Below, piece after piece: positions 63,461 to 64,000 of a stretch of DNA of 64,000 nucleotides. A program made the position numbers and the translations under genes. The stretch is from Acidimicrobiia bacterium (GTDB lineage: Bacteria; Actinomycetota; Acidimicrobiia; IMCC26256; JAENVU01), in contig JANYJV010000081.1 in NCBI GenBank assembly GCA_025361725.1, positions 5,963 through 69,962 of the forward strand, written 5' to 3'. Under the pieces are notes generated by a model that saw only the letters and a program-made list of their open reading frames with translations, made no database searches and was not told the origin of the DNA. The first letter of the stretch is position 1. Each line of letters begins with the position of its first letter.

Positions 63461-64000
63461 AGGATGTCCCACTCGTTGTTGAAGTGGGGTGACGGTCGGT
63501 GTTCATCTCATGCGACGTTGGCAGTCTCGCATGCGGGTGAAATCGATGCAGCGTGTGCGGCGAGCGCGGCAGCGAGTTTCGGCATTTGGGTGTGGCCGCG
63601 CAGCCGCCGGTATTTGCGTTCGGCGTTGAGGATCCCCGCAGCGCACCACCGTTTGATCATGGTGCCGTCCCGCCACCGTTTCACGTTCCGGGTCGTGTCT
63701 CGTGCGACCGAGATCGTCGACTCGATCGGGTTGGTGGTGGTGAGGGTCGCTGCGAGCATTCCAGTGATCCCGAGGCGGCGGACGGTGAACATCTCGTCGA
63801 GTCCTTCGAGCATCGAGCTGGCGGCGTCGGGATACGCGAGGCGGATCGACGCGGCGAGTGCGTTCACTTGCCGGCGACCCGCGTCGACGTTCTCGTTCGC
63901 GAACGCGGCTGCGAGTTTCTGATCGATCCGACGCTGCCGGTCTTTGGGCAGGTGGCCGGTCAATGCGTCGCTTATGCAACGTGCACCGCTGGATGAGGGC
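63461..64000. mobile_element. IS256-family insertion sequence, partial (runs off the right edge)
   Basis: It contains the 3' part of a mutator-type transposase gene. The left boundary is inferred only from where the methyltransferase similarity stops. The terminal inverted repeat was not identified. Confidence 0.5.
63508..64000 (-). CDS. IS256-family (mutator-type) transposase, C-terminal part
   Basis: The sequence ...MFTVRRLGITGMLAATLTTTNPIESTISVARDTTRNVKRWRDGTMIKRW matches the conserved C-terminal TNxIES...V.RW pattern of IS256 transposases. The frame is open to the window edge. Confidence 0.75.
   Translation of the reverse strand, partial: PSSSGARCISDALTGHLPKDRQRRIDQKLAAAFANENVDAGRRQVNALAASIRLAYPDAASSMLEGLDEMFTVRRLGITGMLAATLTTTNPIESTISVARDTTRNVKRWRDGTMIKRWCAAGILNAERKYRRLRGHTQMPKLAAALAAHAASISPACETANVA

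Noticed and set aside
1-64000. Visual search for CRISPR arrays, rRNA, tRNA-like cloverleaf segments and riboswitch-like leaders in the intergenic gaps.
   Set aside because: No regularly spaced repeat-spacer arrays and no long non-coding gaps were seen. The largest gaps are about 200-280 nt and contain promoters, hairpins or gene debris. This was a by-eye inspection only, so tRNAscan/Infernal should still be run.

Overview
This is a densely coded, visibly GC-rich, actinobacterial-type chromosomal segment. Third codon positions are almost always G/C, and many adjacent genes share 4-nt ATGA/GTGA start-stop overlaps. I saw no rRNA, tRNA or CRISPR array by eye.

**0-50 kb: mostly core functions**
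- A tightly coupled DoxX / 4-TM / AhpD-like / radical-SAM operon lies next to decayed PhnE-type permease remnants.
- Small housekeeping genes follow (TrmL, ArsR-SRPBCC pair, crotonase, hydrolase).
- Next come an AddAB/AdnAB-type helicase-nuclease pair, a class A PBP, and a Zn-ribbon / RNase HI / CobC-like phosphatase group.
- A cell-envelope glycan cluster contains GT87, an acyltransferase-3/SGNH protein, a beta-helix protein, an esterase lipoprotein and an RfbH-like enzyme.
- All eight menaquinone genes (menE,B,A,C,H,D,F,G) sit together with a coupled MerR regulator.
- An acyl-CoA metabolism block holds a carboxyltransferase, an acyl-CoA ligase, two ACADs, three crotonases and an epoxide hydrolase.

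**50-64 kb: accessory and decaying**
- This part contains several frameshifted or truncated remnants.
- A degraded integrative element is bracketed by an exact 16-nt direct repeat and carries an orphan two-gene (PIN-like) module.
- An IS256-type transposase lies at the right edge.
- A reactive-sulfur/chalcogen locus includes a CsoR-family regulator lacking the Cu-binding His (CstR-like) with twin palindromic operators, a rhodanese, a TauE exporter, and a CstB-like MBL-rhodanese fusion.
- The same locus has an ArsR-rhodanese fusion regulator, a DMT transporter with a very His-rich tail, and an array of SAM methyltransferases.

**Most notable observation:** an ArsM-like methyltransferase has its reading frame interrupted by a single in-frame TGA exactly at the conserved W-x-G-Cys-(I/V)-A-G position. 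It is either a selenocysteine candidate or a precisely placed nonsense mutation.

All functional calls rest on motif recognition by eye, not database searches. Start codons are often uncertain.
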